A stretch of 64,000 nt of DNA from Prevotella sp. (GTDB lineage Bacteria; Bacteroidota; Bacteroidia; Bacteroidales; Dysgonomonadaceae): assembly GCA_031285625.1 (NCBI GenBank), contig JAITVV010000017.1, positions 32,001-96,000 on the forward strand. Reading direction: 5' to 3'. A program made the translations under genes and the position numbers. This document shows, piece after piece, positions 9,969-19,392 of the stretch; positions within the stretch are counted from its first letter, which is position 1, and every line of letters begins with the position of its first letter. Below the pieces are notes generated by a model. The model saw only the letters and a list, made by a program, of their open reading frames with translations. It ran no database searches and had not been told where the DNA came from.

Positions 9969-11607
9969 AGTCCATCTGCTCCCCCCAATTTAAGTTCAAG
10001 GTTACATCAGCCACAGCATCAAACATTCTTTCGTGTGAAGCTATAATAACCAAGCGATCTTCAGCCAAATTCATAATCTGTGGAAGAATAATTTCGACAG
10101 TACCAGCGTCCAGATTTGCTGTGGGCTCATCCAGAATAGCTACAGGTCTCGGATGCAACATCATCCGCGCGAGTGTAATTAATTGTTTTTCGCCACCGGA
10201 AAGCTGTTTACCATTATGGCTCAACCCAGCTAGCCAACCATCCTCTTTTTTTGATAAAATTTTATCTAAGAAATCGGGATATTCATCGTATTTATCAGCC
10301 TCGGTTTCGAGGAAAACATTATATCCCAGCGTCCCGTCAAAAATAAAAGGAAACTGGTTCATATATGATGAGTTTGCTTTCAACCACTCATGAGACCACC
10401 CATTATCTTTTCCATTTACCGCAACTATACCATCTTGCGCAAAGAGGCTTCCAGTACAGATTTTTAACAAGGTAGACTTGCCCGAACCAGAGATACCCTT
10501 TACCAGGACTAATCCTTTCGTCGGTAATTTCAGATTGATATTATGTAAGACTTTCACAGGCGAATTGGGATAAGCAAAACTTAAATTATTGATTTCAAAA
10601 GCACTAAGTTTTTCATCCGTATCGGTAAAAGGAACATTGGTGCTCTTATTAAGTATAGGCATCACTAATTTTGCCGAAGCTAAAGCTTTATTGCGATCGT
10701 GATAAGCACTCACAAATTTGCGTAAATAAAAGAAAAAATAAGGGGCCAAAGTCAGTAAAAACAGCGCTGTACGGAATTCATACCCCTTTCCATAGTTGGG
10801 ACCTGTCATAATTCCAAGTAGACTCATACCCAAATAAATAGCAACTACAGCAATAGAGATGGTAACAAAAAGTTCCAATACTGCTGATGACAAAATAGCA
10901 ACCTGCATTACATTCGTAGTAGCTTTATTCAGCGCCTTACTTTTTTCTGATAAAAAACGATATTGGGGTTTGAAATTATCTAAATTAACGATTTCAGCAA
11001 TAGTTTGAAGCCGATTGTAAAAGATTGCCGAATATTTTAAGAAAAGATTGATATGCTTCTTATGAAGAGCCTCAGCACCCAAACCAATAACGATCATTTG
11101 CATCGGGATAACTAACAACGAAATCAATAATATTATACCAACCCACTTTTCCATCCAGAAACTAACAACCAACAACAGTATACTGACTAAAACCGAAGCG
11201 ATGGAATATGGTATAAAAAAAGCGAAAAAAGGTTTCAAGTCATCGCTTATTCTTGTAACAAACAAAGTACTCGATATGGAGTCTAATTGATTGTTTTTAA
11301 GCAATACTGGATAAAGTTTTTTTTTGATCTTGGAAACAATAATATTTCCTGCTTTATAGTTGAATAATGATGCGAAATGAGCAAGGATATATCTGCCAGC
11401 TAAGAATATTGCTGCGTACATTAATGTAATGGGCAAAAATAGTCCATCATCGAGCCATGAAGCAGCAAACCCCGATAAGTACCAACAAAAAACGACAAAA
11501 CACCCCGCACTTAAAACGGTAAATATCGAAGCTAGAATATACGAACCCTTTGCTTCAGCTATCTTTTTACTCAACCACCGGGAGGCACTTTCCTGTTTTG
11601 AGCTCAT
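9961..11607 (-). CDS. cydD: CydD-like ABC exporter (permease + ATPase)
   Basis: ATTNVMQVAILSSAVLELF...YHDR CydD signature; GISGSGKST; LSGGE; DEPTANLD; overlaps cydC. Confidence 0.75.
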   Translation of the reverse strand: MSSKQESASRWLSKKIAEAKGSYILASIFTVLSAGCFVVFCWYLSGFAASWLDDGLFLPITLMYAAIFLAGRYILAHFASLFNYKAGNIIVSKIKKKLYPVLLKNNQLDSISSTLFVTRISDDLKPFFAFFIPYSIASVLVSILLLVVSFWMEKWVGIILLISLLVIPMQMIVIGLGAEALHKKHINLFLKYSAIFYNRLQTIAEIVNLDNFKPQYRFLSEKSKALNKATTNVMQVAILSSAVLELFVTISIAVVAIYLGMSLLGIMTGPNYGKGYEFRTALFLLTLAPYFFFYLRKFVSAYHDRNKALASAKLVMPILNKSTNVPFTDTDEKLSAFEINNLSFAYPNSPVKVLHNINLKLPTKGLVLVKGISGSGKSTLLKICTGSLFAQDGIVAVNGKDNGWSHEWLKANSSYMNQFPFIFDGTLGYNVFLETEADKYDEYPDFLDKILSKKEDGWLAGLSHNGKQLSGGEKQLITLARMMLHPRPVAILDEPTANLDAGTVEIILPQIMNLAEDRLVIIASHERMFDAVADVTLNLNWGEQMDYE

Positions 11608-11686
11608 TAATTGTCTTTTATTTTTATTTTCATTATATGAAATGAGTAGATACTAAAAGAACTTAGTAGCTTCATCTCATCATTGA

Positions 11687-11694
11687 CAAAGATA
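11687..11694 (-). promoter_or_regulatory. Bacteroidota sigma-A -7 box upstream of cydD
   Basis: TATCTTTG on the minus strand (consensus TAnnTTTG), about 80 nt before the ATG. Confidence 0.5.
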
Positions 11695-11742
11695 ATAATT
11701 CACGCAAAACAATCATCTATATCTATCAAAGAAATTACTTTA

Positions 11743-12450
11743 TTATGATTTCTTCATCATATCATCAAAAAATAGATCTCTATACGAATTCCCAATGGCA
11801 ATTTCATACATTTTGATAAAAACATCATTATTATCAAAAGATTCAATCTGATTTTTATTAACAATATATGATCTGTTTACTCTGATAAAGATATTTTTAG
11901 GAAGCAAATCATGTATTGTTTTTACATTCATCCGGGTAATAATACGTTGTCCATCCATCTGGATGATAACATAATCTTTTAATCCTTCTATAAATAGAAT
12001 ATCTTTCAGGTTCACCTTGAAGAAACGGCGATCAGACTTTACAAAGATATATTCGTCTTCAACGTTTTCAACACTCTTTTCCTCCTCTTCTAACAAAAGA
12101 GAGTGGTACGTAATTGCTTTATCAACAGCTTTTCTGAATTTTGCAGGATCAATCGGCTTAACTAAATAATCAACGGCATCTACCTCATAACTATCAAGAG
12201 CATATTCAGAATAAGCAGTAGTGAATATTATTAGTGTGTGTTTAGGAATAATTCTCGCAAACTCGATACCAGTTATACCCGGCATCTGTATATCAAGAAA
12301 TATCAGGTCAACCGTTGATATTTTCATGAAATCAGAAGCGGCCTCAGCACTATTAAAACAATCTAATAATTCAAGTTGAGATATCTGATCGACCAGTTTC
12401 TTTATTCCTTTACGAGCTATAGGCTCATCATCTACTATAATACACTTCAT
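11743..12450 (-). CDS. LytTR-family response regulator
   Basis: Receiver domain VDDEP...FLDIQMP...TTAY...YLVKP and LytTR domain FIRVNRSYIVN. Confidence 0.95.
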   Translation of the reverse strand: MKCIIVDDEPIARKGIKKLVDQISQLELLDCFNSAEAASDFMKISTVDLIFLDIQMPGITGIEFARIIPKHTLIIFTTAYSEYALDSYEVDAVDYLVKPIDPAKFRKAVDKAITYHSLLLEEEEKSVENVEDEYIFVKSDRRFFKVNLKDILFIEGLKDYVIIQMDGQRIITRMNVKTIHDLLPKNIFIRVNRSYIVNKNQIESFDNNDVFIKMYEIAIGNSYRDLFFDDMMKKS

Positions 12451-13508
12451 AATTTCAATTTTAAATTTACGGTATAGGTAGTATCAGTCTTTGTCTGATT
12501 TAATAAATAGTTATTACTAAACAGTAAGTCTAATCTTCTTTTTATATTTGACAAACCGAGCCCTCCCTCCTTCTTTTTTCTTACAATCCCTGAAATCGAA
12601 TTCTCACAGACAAATATCAACTCGCCTTGCTGCAGCTCAAATGACATATAAATATATGAACTATCGTCTGAGGAATTATGCTTTACTGCATTCTCTACAA
12701 AAGGAATAAATAATAAAGGGGCAACCTGTATATTATCCGTATCTCCTTTTATTTCTATTCTATAATCAAATTTGTCTCTTCTTATTTTTTCAAGCTCAAG
12801 AAAATTTGTCAAAAACTTGATGTCATCTTTTAAATAAACCTCATCTTGTACACTATCATTCAACTGATATTGTAGTAAATCATCAAGTTTTTCGAGAATG
12901 TAAGAGGCCATATCCGGATCCTCATCAACCAGTATATTAGCATTATTCAACATATTGAAAAGGAAATGCGGGTTTATCTGACTCTTCAGAAACTTAAGTT
13001 CCGATTGGGTCGTTGCAGACCTTAGTTCGGTTATACGTCGATTACCTATCATCCAGTGCTTAAATAGTAACAGTGCAGATATTCCTCCCAGAAAAAGAAA
13101 TATGGCCAGTAAGGAAGATGCTATACTAAAAAAGATAGCAACAACTGTAGGTTCCTGATGAGTAACACCAATATCATAGAAATACTCTTGCAATAGCATC
13201 ATTATGAATAATGCAAACAATGTGAATATTATGACTGAAACGATATACAAAAATATTTTATTCTTTGCCAAGAAACGGGGAAACAGTACGAATGCATTAA
13301 AATAAACAAGCATATTCATAAACAAGAAATAACCAATCCAACCAAAAAATCTATTTAGCGTCAAATTAAGCCTATCTGGAGCGTCAAAAAACACACCAAT
13401 AGTTATCAATAGGATGACAGCCTGTAGGCTAAGATGCCTGTGTATCCTATATTTATCATCAAATAAAAATGATGACATGCTGGCGTTATTAATCCGTGTA
13501 TTCATCAT
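12447..13508 (-). CDS. LytS-type sensor histidine kinase
   Basis: N-terminal TM helices; H-box LKSQINPHFLFNMLN; N-box FVENAVKH; G-box GGLGLSNIKRRL. Confidence 0.93.
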   Translation of the reverse strand: MMNTRINNASMSSFLFDDKYRIHRHLSLQAVILLITIGVFFDAPDRLNLTLNRFFGWIGYFLFMNMLVYFNAFVLFPRFLAKNKIFLYIVSVIIFTLFALFIMMLLQEYFYDIGVTHQEPTVVAIFFSIASSLLAIFLFLGGISALLLFKHWMIGNRRITELRSATTQSELKFLKSQINPHFLFNMLNNANILVDEDPDMASYILEKLDDLLQYQLNDSVQDEVYLKDDIKFLTNFLELEKIRRDKFDYRIEIKGDTDNIQVAPLLFIPFVENAVKHNSSDDSSYIYMSFELQQGELIFVCENSISGIVRKKKEGGLGLSNIKRRLDLLFSNNYLLNQTKTDTTYTVNLKLKL

Positions 13509-14545
13509 TCCTCTAAGATATCCAGTTGTAACTCTACAAAGCCAGTGTTTAATAGCAATGTATACTTATTCTGATAAAGTAATTCTAACCTCTTTTTTAT
13601 TAAAACTACCTCATCCTCAATTATTTCTTTATCCGTTGCCGATTGACACCGAAGGAGAAGGTATTGATCTCTTAGCCGAAAATCCAAATTTAAATAAGTA
13701 CTGTCATCAATCATACCCTGAACAAGTGTTATCAGCAATAATGGCGATATGATCACATTATTTAAATCCCCTTCTGTTTCAATTGTATATTTAAACTCAT
13801 TTCTATTCAACTGTTCTAATTTGAGAAAATTATTCAGAAAATTTATTTCAGACTTTAAGAAAACCTTGTCTCTATTGCAATCATATAGTTGATACCTCAA
13901 TAATTGGCCCAATTGCATCAGCATATCAGAAGTCTTCTTCGGATCTGTTTTTACCAGAGCCGATGTATTTGTTAATGTTCTGGATAAAAATCCCGGAGTT
14001 ATTTGTCCTTTCAGTTTATTTACTTCCGATTGAAGATGCTCATATTCCAGTTGGCTTACACGCTCATTGCCTACTAACCAATTACGAAATAATACAAGGG
14101 CGGATATTCCCCAAAAGCATATTACTATATTCATAAAGGTTGCCAGATTATCGACCATAATAAGAGGGTTAGTATATGAAGTTACCCTGTGTGGCAATTC
14201 CAATAGATTACGTACCAAACCTTCCTGTAATACAGCTAATGTGGGCAATAAAAATACACCTAAAGACAGGATAACGGAATAACTAACAAACTTGCCTTTT
14301 AATAGATATCTAGGTATTAGAAAATAGTAATTGAAACACATGGCTGCAAGATATTGTAGAAACGAAGAGAAACAAATCACATAAATACGATTCCCTAAAA
14401 CATTACTACAGTCTTGATAAGCTATAAATACCTGATTGAAAGTGATTATAGCTCCAATCATGATAAAAATAAGATACCTCCAGATCCGATATTTTGGATC
14501 GATCAGAAGAAGAGGTACCTTGTATTTTTCTATAACTTTATTCAT
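13505..14545 (-). CDS. Degenerate LytS-type kinase paralog (probable pseudokinase)
   Basis: Same architecture as its neighbour, but the H-box reads LKGQITPGFLSRTL (no His), the N-box reads LVQGMIDD and there is no GxGL. Confidence 0.85.
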   Translation of the reverse strand: MNKVIEKYKVPLLLIDPKYRIWRYLIFIMIGAIITFNQVFIAYQDCSNVLGNRIYVICFSSFLQYLAAMCFNYYFLIPRYLLKGKFVSYSVILSLGVFLLPTLAVLQEGLVRNLLELPHRVTSYTNPLIMVDNLATFMNIVICFWGISALVLFRNWLVGNERVSQLEYEHLQSEVNKLKGQITPGFLSRTLTNTSALVKTDPKKTSDMLMQLGQLLRYQLYDCNRDKVFLKSEINFLNNFLKLEQLNRNEFKYTIETEGDLNNVIISPLLLITLVQGMIDDSTYLNLDFRLRDQYLLLRCQSATDKEIIEDEVVLIKKRLELLYQNKYTLLLNTGFVELQLDILEE

Positions 14546-14566
14546 TTCTACCTTGTCTCAGTAAAA

Positions 14567-14574
14567 CAAAGATA
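14567..14574 (-). promoter_or_regulatory. -7 promoter box for the kinase/regulator operon
   Basis: TATCTTTG on the minus strand, 21 nt upstream of ATG 14545. Confidence 0.5.
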
Positions 14575-14576
14575 CA

Positions 14577-16925
14577 TTAAAAATCAAGTCTGTATACTAC
14601 ATTAAAAATAGAATTCTTGATTCTCCTAGGTTCAATAACACCTGTTTTAAGATTATATTCATGTCCGAAATATTCCTTGTATCCTGTTGCGTTTGCACCC
14701 TTAACTGCGATTTCATGTGAAACTCTTTTTCGGTTCATCCTGTAGCTGATCGAATAGCTAGCTAGGAACATAGGAGAAAATTGTTTTGAGAAGGCCCGGC
14801 TCTCATCATATTGTGTTTCTTTGTCAGGATGAGCTAATGTAGCCTGTTCATCTATCGGAGAATACCTGTCTCCACCCTGTACCGTTAATTTTAGATTTAC
14901 TCCCAATACATTTTGCTTATTACTTCCCAGCATCCACTCTTTACCAACCAATCCGTTAACTATAAAATTACGATTAAATTTAGTACTATGCCATACACCA
15001 TCTCCACCAGCATATTCAGAATTGAATACAGAAGCAGTAACCATATAATACAGACCTTTTGTCATATATTTTTCAAATGTAACATCTATCCCATAATTAC
15101 GGCCTTTTCCTTTATTTACTAACGCATCTTCCACGTAAAATGTACTACGGTTAAGAACTGAATACGAACTATCTGCTATTACAGGCACATCATACAAATA
15201 CTGGAAGTAAGGCTCAACTCTTAGATTCATATCATCCGAAATCTTATAGTTATACGATAATGCTATATGATGCGTTTTAGTAAAATCAAGATCTTTATTT
15301 ACTTGTTTATCTCCTGTTGCCTTTGTTTTCACAAAATATACATCCATTTTTTCCATACGGCTATGCAAACCATAAGCCAGGCCAAAAGAGCTTTTAGAAG
15401 AGGCCTGCCACTTGATAGCAGCACGTGGCTCTATTGTCCAACTGTTATTAAGCGTCAGTATTTGCCCATTTGCTCCTAAAGTAGCTGATATTTTATCATT
15501 CAGATCAAACAGAGAGCTTGAATAGGCTGAAATAAGATTGGTATTACCTTTCCCTTCTGAGATTGTTTCTAAAGGCTGTGCATCAAACGGAGCTAGACTC
15601 AAGTCCATATTATATCTCATATTCGTTAGGGTAAAACCCGTTTTATTTGTATGCTTCGCGCTGTATTTCTTATTGAAAGAAGAAGTAAGAACCAAGTTTG
15701 TATATTTACTTCTGAAATCAAGATTTGGAGTTGAATTCATATTTACATCATATATATCTTCCCATGCATCTGTTTTAGAATATGTAGCTGCCAGAGTTGT
15801 TTTCAATAAGGCATTATTGCTGAAGAAATAACGGTGACTTAATCCTCCGGCTGCAGAAATCTGCTTCATTCTCGAGTCCTTTGCATCATCTCTATATTCC
15901 CATTCTTCCGGATCATCTATCTCAGGTTTTATATTATCTTTCAAGGCTGTGCCCCATACAGAAAAGATACCTGCACTCTTTGTCGGAAAATTCAATTTAA
16001 AGTTTAAATCCTGATAATCCAATACCTGATCCATATCTCCGGCAGGATTTACTTTATTCATCAAACCTGTTGTAGAATACCTGTAATTAAATATATATGA
16101 AGAGTTATGTTTCTTACTTATCGGCCCCTCTGAGGCAAAGTCAAGACCAAGTATTCCGGCTTGCACGGTATGTTGAAATTTCTGATTATTACCATTTCTC
16201 AGTTTCATATCAAATACCCCTGAAACAGCATTATTATATTCGGCAGGAAAAGCTCCGGTAAAGAAGTCTGAATTCCCCAATACATTACTACTCAATGAAG
16301 ATAATATACCGCCTCCCAGTGTAGCAACATCCGCAAAGTGATTTGGATTAGGTATTTCCACATCTTCCAATCTCCATTGAAGAAGGCTGGGAGCATTACC
16401 ATGCACTGATATACCATTGTTGCCTATTCCCGGAGAGATTCCTGCAAATGAGCTTACCAGTCGGGCCGGGTCATCCAAGCCTCCGGCGTAGCGCGACGCT
16501 TCTTCTACACTTAGCATATGCCCTCCGGATAGTGCCATCTTATTGAGGGGTTCATTCTTGTTTGTCTGAACCGAAACTACTACTTCACCCAGTTCTTGTA
16601 CACTTTCTTTCAGTTGAATCTCGATAGAAACTTCTTTAGCAGAAGTAAGCATGATCTCTCTGATTACATTGGTTTCATATCCTATTGATGTTGCCTGCAA
16701 ATCATGTCTTCCTACTGGAACATTTTCCAGAATAAAGTTTCCGTCATCGTCAGTAAATGTTCCTATATGAGGAAGATCCAGTAAACCAACTGAAATAGAT
16801 GATAATGGTGCTCCTGAAGAACGGTCTACGACGGTACCTTTTATGTTTTGAGTCAATTTGTTTTGTGCAGATACGTTTATTGTAACGAATATGCAGATTA
16901 GTAGAAATGTAATTGCTTGTTTCAT
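14577..16925 (-). CDS. TonB-dependent receptor with N-terminal carboxypeptidase-regulatory-like domain
   Basis: Signal peptide; IKGTVVD...TDDDGNF; plug DDPARLVSSFAG...LEDVEIPNPNHF; terminal YRLDF. Confidence 0.9.
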   Translation of the reverse strand: MKQAITFLLICIFVTINVSAQNKLTQNIKGTVVDRSSGAPLSSISVGLLDLPHIGTFTDDDGNFILENVPVGRHDLQATSIGYETNVIREIMLTSAKEVSIEIQLKESVQELGEVVVSVQTNKNEPLNKMALSGGHMLSVEEASRYAGGLDDPARLVSSFAGISPGIGNNGISVHGNAPSLLQWRLEDVEIPNPNHFADVATLGGGILSSLSSNVLGNSDFFTGAFPAEYNNAVSGVFDMKLRNGNNQKFQHTVQAGILGLDFASEGPISKKHNSSYIFNYRYSTTGLMNKVNPAGDMDQVLDYQDLNFKLNFPTKSAGIFSVWGTALKDNIKPEIDDPEEWEYRDDAKDSRMKQISAAGGLSHRYFFSNNALLKTTLAATYSKTDAWEDIYDVNMNSTPNLDFRSKYTNLVLTSSFNKKYSAKHTNKTGFTLTNMRYNMDLSLAPFDAQPLETISEGKGNTNLISAYSSSLFDLNDKISATLGANGQILTLNNSWTIEPRAAIKWQASSKSSFGLAYGLHSRMEKMDVYFVKTKATGDKQVNKDLDFTKTHHIALSYNYKISDDMNLRVEPYFQYLYDVPVIADSSYSVLNRSTFYVEDALVNKGKGRNYGIDVTFEKYMTKGLYYMVTASVFNSEYAGGDGVWHSTKFNRNFIVNGLVGKEWMLGSNKQNVLGVNLKLTVQGGDRYSPIDEQATLAHPDKETQYDESRAFSKQFSPMFLASYSISYRMNRKRVSHEIAVKGANATGYKEYFGHEYNLKTGVIEPRRIKNSIFNVVYRLDF

Positions 16926-16944
16926 GATTTTATTTATTATTTAA

Positions 16945-17124
16945 TTATTTATTCTTCAAAATTGTCATCAGCCGGTAAAGCTTATCGAAAATATTTCTTG
17001 TCCCTTTTGTAGCTTTAAGTTCACTACTCAGTACTTCTTCTAAGGCTATTAAAACCTTGTAACAATCGGTAGTACTGACTGCCGACAGATAAGATACTTT
17101 TCCTATTACTTCTTTTTTATTCAT
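16945..17124 (-). CDS. 59-aa HU-like micro-protein (N-terminal helices only); not in the ORF track
   Basis: MNKKEVIGKVSYLSAVSTTDCYKVLIALEEVLSSELKATKGTRNIFDKLYRLMTILKNK*; AT-rich leader; ends 19 nt before the receptor ATG. Confidence 0.65.
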   Translation of the reverse strand: MNKKEVIGKVSYLSAVSTTDCYKVLIALEEVLSSELKATKGTRNIFDKLYRLMTILKNK

Positions 17125-17152
17125 CGTAGTTTGTTGTTATATGATTATGATG

Positions 17153-17218
17153 TAAAAGTAGGATTTGAGTCAAAGTCAGATTAAAATATGAGACAGATCA
17201 GGCTGGTTCTTCGACAGA
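17153..17218 (-). promoter_or_regulatory. Putative LytTR-activated promoter
   Basis: GACAGA direct repeat at 17192 and 17213 (21-nt period), upstream of a near-consensus -7 box TACTTTTA (17153-17160, minus strand). Confidence 0.5.
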
Positions 17219-17225
17219 ATAGCGT

Positions 17226-18089
17226 TTATTGTATACGAAGCTTTGTCTCGTTTCTTTCAAAAAATAGTTTCCTATCCCTGATAACAATAATTACAGATAA
17301 TATTAAGAGAAGGCCTGTTTGTATTATTTTACTATCAGGATGAGGAGCAAAAAGCTCATTAAAGAAACCAGCTGTAATATGAAAGATAATCGTGACAAGT
17401 ATATTACGCCCCGTCTTATAGTACAACCAGTTCATAATTAAGACATACGGCACAATGCTAACAAGAAAATTCACACCATATATCCATCCTGTTTCTACGA
17501 TATTACTCTGGTAATAATCGCGTATAGTGGAAAGTGGCAGATGCCAGATACCCCAATATATCCCAAAGATGAATGAAGTCGTGAATAGATTGAATTTACT
17601 GCGCAAACTATCTGTACCATAGCTATGCCAGGCTAATTCTTCGATTAGTGGAGCTATAATAAGTAAAAACCATACAGGAAAAATTCCGGAAGAGAATGTA
17701 AATTCACCCGTAATGATGAATTGAGAAGGACTATACCCGAAGAGTAAAGAGATAGCCTGAGCCAGCATTATACTGACGGGCATGACTACACATGCCAATA
17801 TAAAATAAGGCAATCTTATGTCCTTAAAATTAAAAAAGCGCCCTTTTACATCCTCACGAAGGTTAGAATTCCGGGATATCAAAATATATGACACTCCAAC
17901 CGGAGCCAAAAGCCCTATAAATGCTAATAAACTCGCAATATTAAGATAAATATCCTGATAGGGGCTGATCTGGCTAACATACCCTGCTGTAAACCAAAAC
18001 AGCCATGGAATAAGGGTTGATAACAAATAAAAGGTTTTTACCTTTTTGTAGTCGAAGATAACGGAGGGGGATTTTTTTGAAGTTTTCAT
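17226..18089 (-). CDS. CPBP (CAAX/Abi) family intramembrane metalloprotease
   Basis: Multi-TM; EELAWHSY, WGIWH and FHITAG motifs. Confidence 0.88.
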   Translation of the reverse strand: MKTSKKSPSVIFDYKKVKTFYLLSTLIPWLFWFTAGYVSQISPYQDIYLNIASLLAFIGLLAPVGVSYILISRNSNLREDVKGRFFNFKDIRLPYFILACVVMPVSIMLAQAISLLFGYSPSQFIITGEFTFSSGIFPVWFLLIIAPLIEELAWHSYGTDSLRSKFNLFTTSFIFGIYWGIWHLPLSTIRDYYQSNIVETGWIYGVNFLVSIVPYVLIMNWLYYKTGRNILVTIIFHITAGFFNELFAPHPDSKIIQTGLLLILSVIIVIRDRKLFFERNETKLRIQ

Positions 18090-18236
18090 ATCCTATGTAT
18101 TTGTTGATGTTTAATTATTACATCTCGAAAATACATAGGAATAGTACCCTATATCAGAATATGATACTAAACGGGTTATTCTGTATATGAACGATTATTT
18201 ATTGTATACAAGGAGAATTTAGATAGGTTTTATTGT

Positions 18237-19307
18237 CTATATTTTCTTCGGGCTTATTTTACTTTTCCCCAGAATGAAAGGAAAATACTTAGTAATAATA
18301 TAAATAGGGATAACAGATATAAGTATCATAATAGCACACATAACGGCAGACTCCACAGGAGTGAATACCTGATTTGCATGAGAGTCTCCTCCCAGTATAA
18401 ATAAATATATGGTTTTTACCCATCCTGTGATAATCAGGTGGAAGGCAAATATTATCAATGTGTTTTGACTTAGGTATATTAAAAAGCTGGATTTCATATT
18501 TGTGAATATCCGTGTAAAAAAGAAAATAGCGAATGCACCTACCACACCATTTACATAATATACGAATATATTTTTTCCGTAATTGCTTGTATTCATATCA
18601 ACGAAACCATTCCAGCGGGATAGCAGGATGCCTCCTACCAAGAATAGGACGCACAGCACAATTTTACTAACCACATTAGGATCCATCTTATCAATAAATC
18701 TCTTCATAAAGAAACCAAATGTATAGAAAGGTACTGCCATTATAGCACTATCCAGGCTCCAATAAAGATTTATTTGTGCATAATTGCGCAAATAAATTAT
18801 GACAAGGCTCAAAATATTAATAGCAATAAGTCCAAAGTATTTTTTCTTGTCCAGAGATAAGAAAAAACAGAATATCAGACGACATAAAAACAGTGCTACC
18901 AAAAACCAAAGGGGGATGTTTATCATGGTAGATATGGATGTATGATAACCTTCACCTAACAACATACCTACCATTGGTTTAATAAATCCTTCGATGAAAT
19001 TATGCTCGTAAAGTTCCGGATGTCGGCGAAACGTAACTAATAACCACCAGACATAGGTTATTATATAAAACCACATATATGGGATAAGTAGCGATTTAGC
19101 TCCTTTCTTTAATGTATCGGATATTGTGGAAGCACCTTTATCAACAAATCCAGATAATATAAAAAACAAAGGCATATGAAATGAAAGTATCCAGTTAATG
19201 AATACCATATCAGTCATATATACATGATCTATAGCGACACACCATACACCAATCAACTTAGCATAGTCTATCCAATGTAAACGAACTTTCTCTTTAGATT
19301 CAATCAT
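18237..19307 (-). CDS. Acyltransferase-3 family (polysaccharide O-acyltransferase-like) membrane protein
   Basis: RLHWIDYAKLIG..VAIDH, SFHMPLFFILSG, LWFL. Confidence 0.9.
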   Translation of the reverse strand: MIESKEKVRLHWIDYAKLIGVWCVAIDHVYMTDMVFINWILSFHMPLFFILSGFVDKGASTISDTLKKGAKSLLIPYMWFYIITYVWWLLVTFRRHPELYEHNFIEGFIKPMVGMLLGEGYHTSISTMINIPLWFLVALFLCRLIFCFFLSLDKKKYFGLIAINILSLVIIYLRNYAQINLYWSLDSAIMAVPFYTFGFFMKRFIDKMDPNVVSKIVLCVLFLVGGILLSRWNGFVDMNTSNYGKNIFVYYVNGVVGAFAIFFFTRIFTNMKSSFLIYLSQNTLIIFAFHLIITGWVKTIYLFILGGDSHANQVFTPVESAVMCAIMILISVIPIYIITKYFPFILGKSKISPKKI

Positions 19308-19392
19308 GTAATAAGCAAAAGTTTATGCGTTACGAAATTGTATTGATAACGTTAAAAGTATCAAAAAATATCGAATACGGCTAATTGAGACA

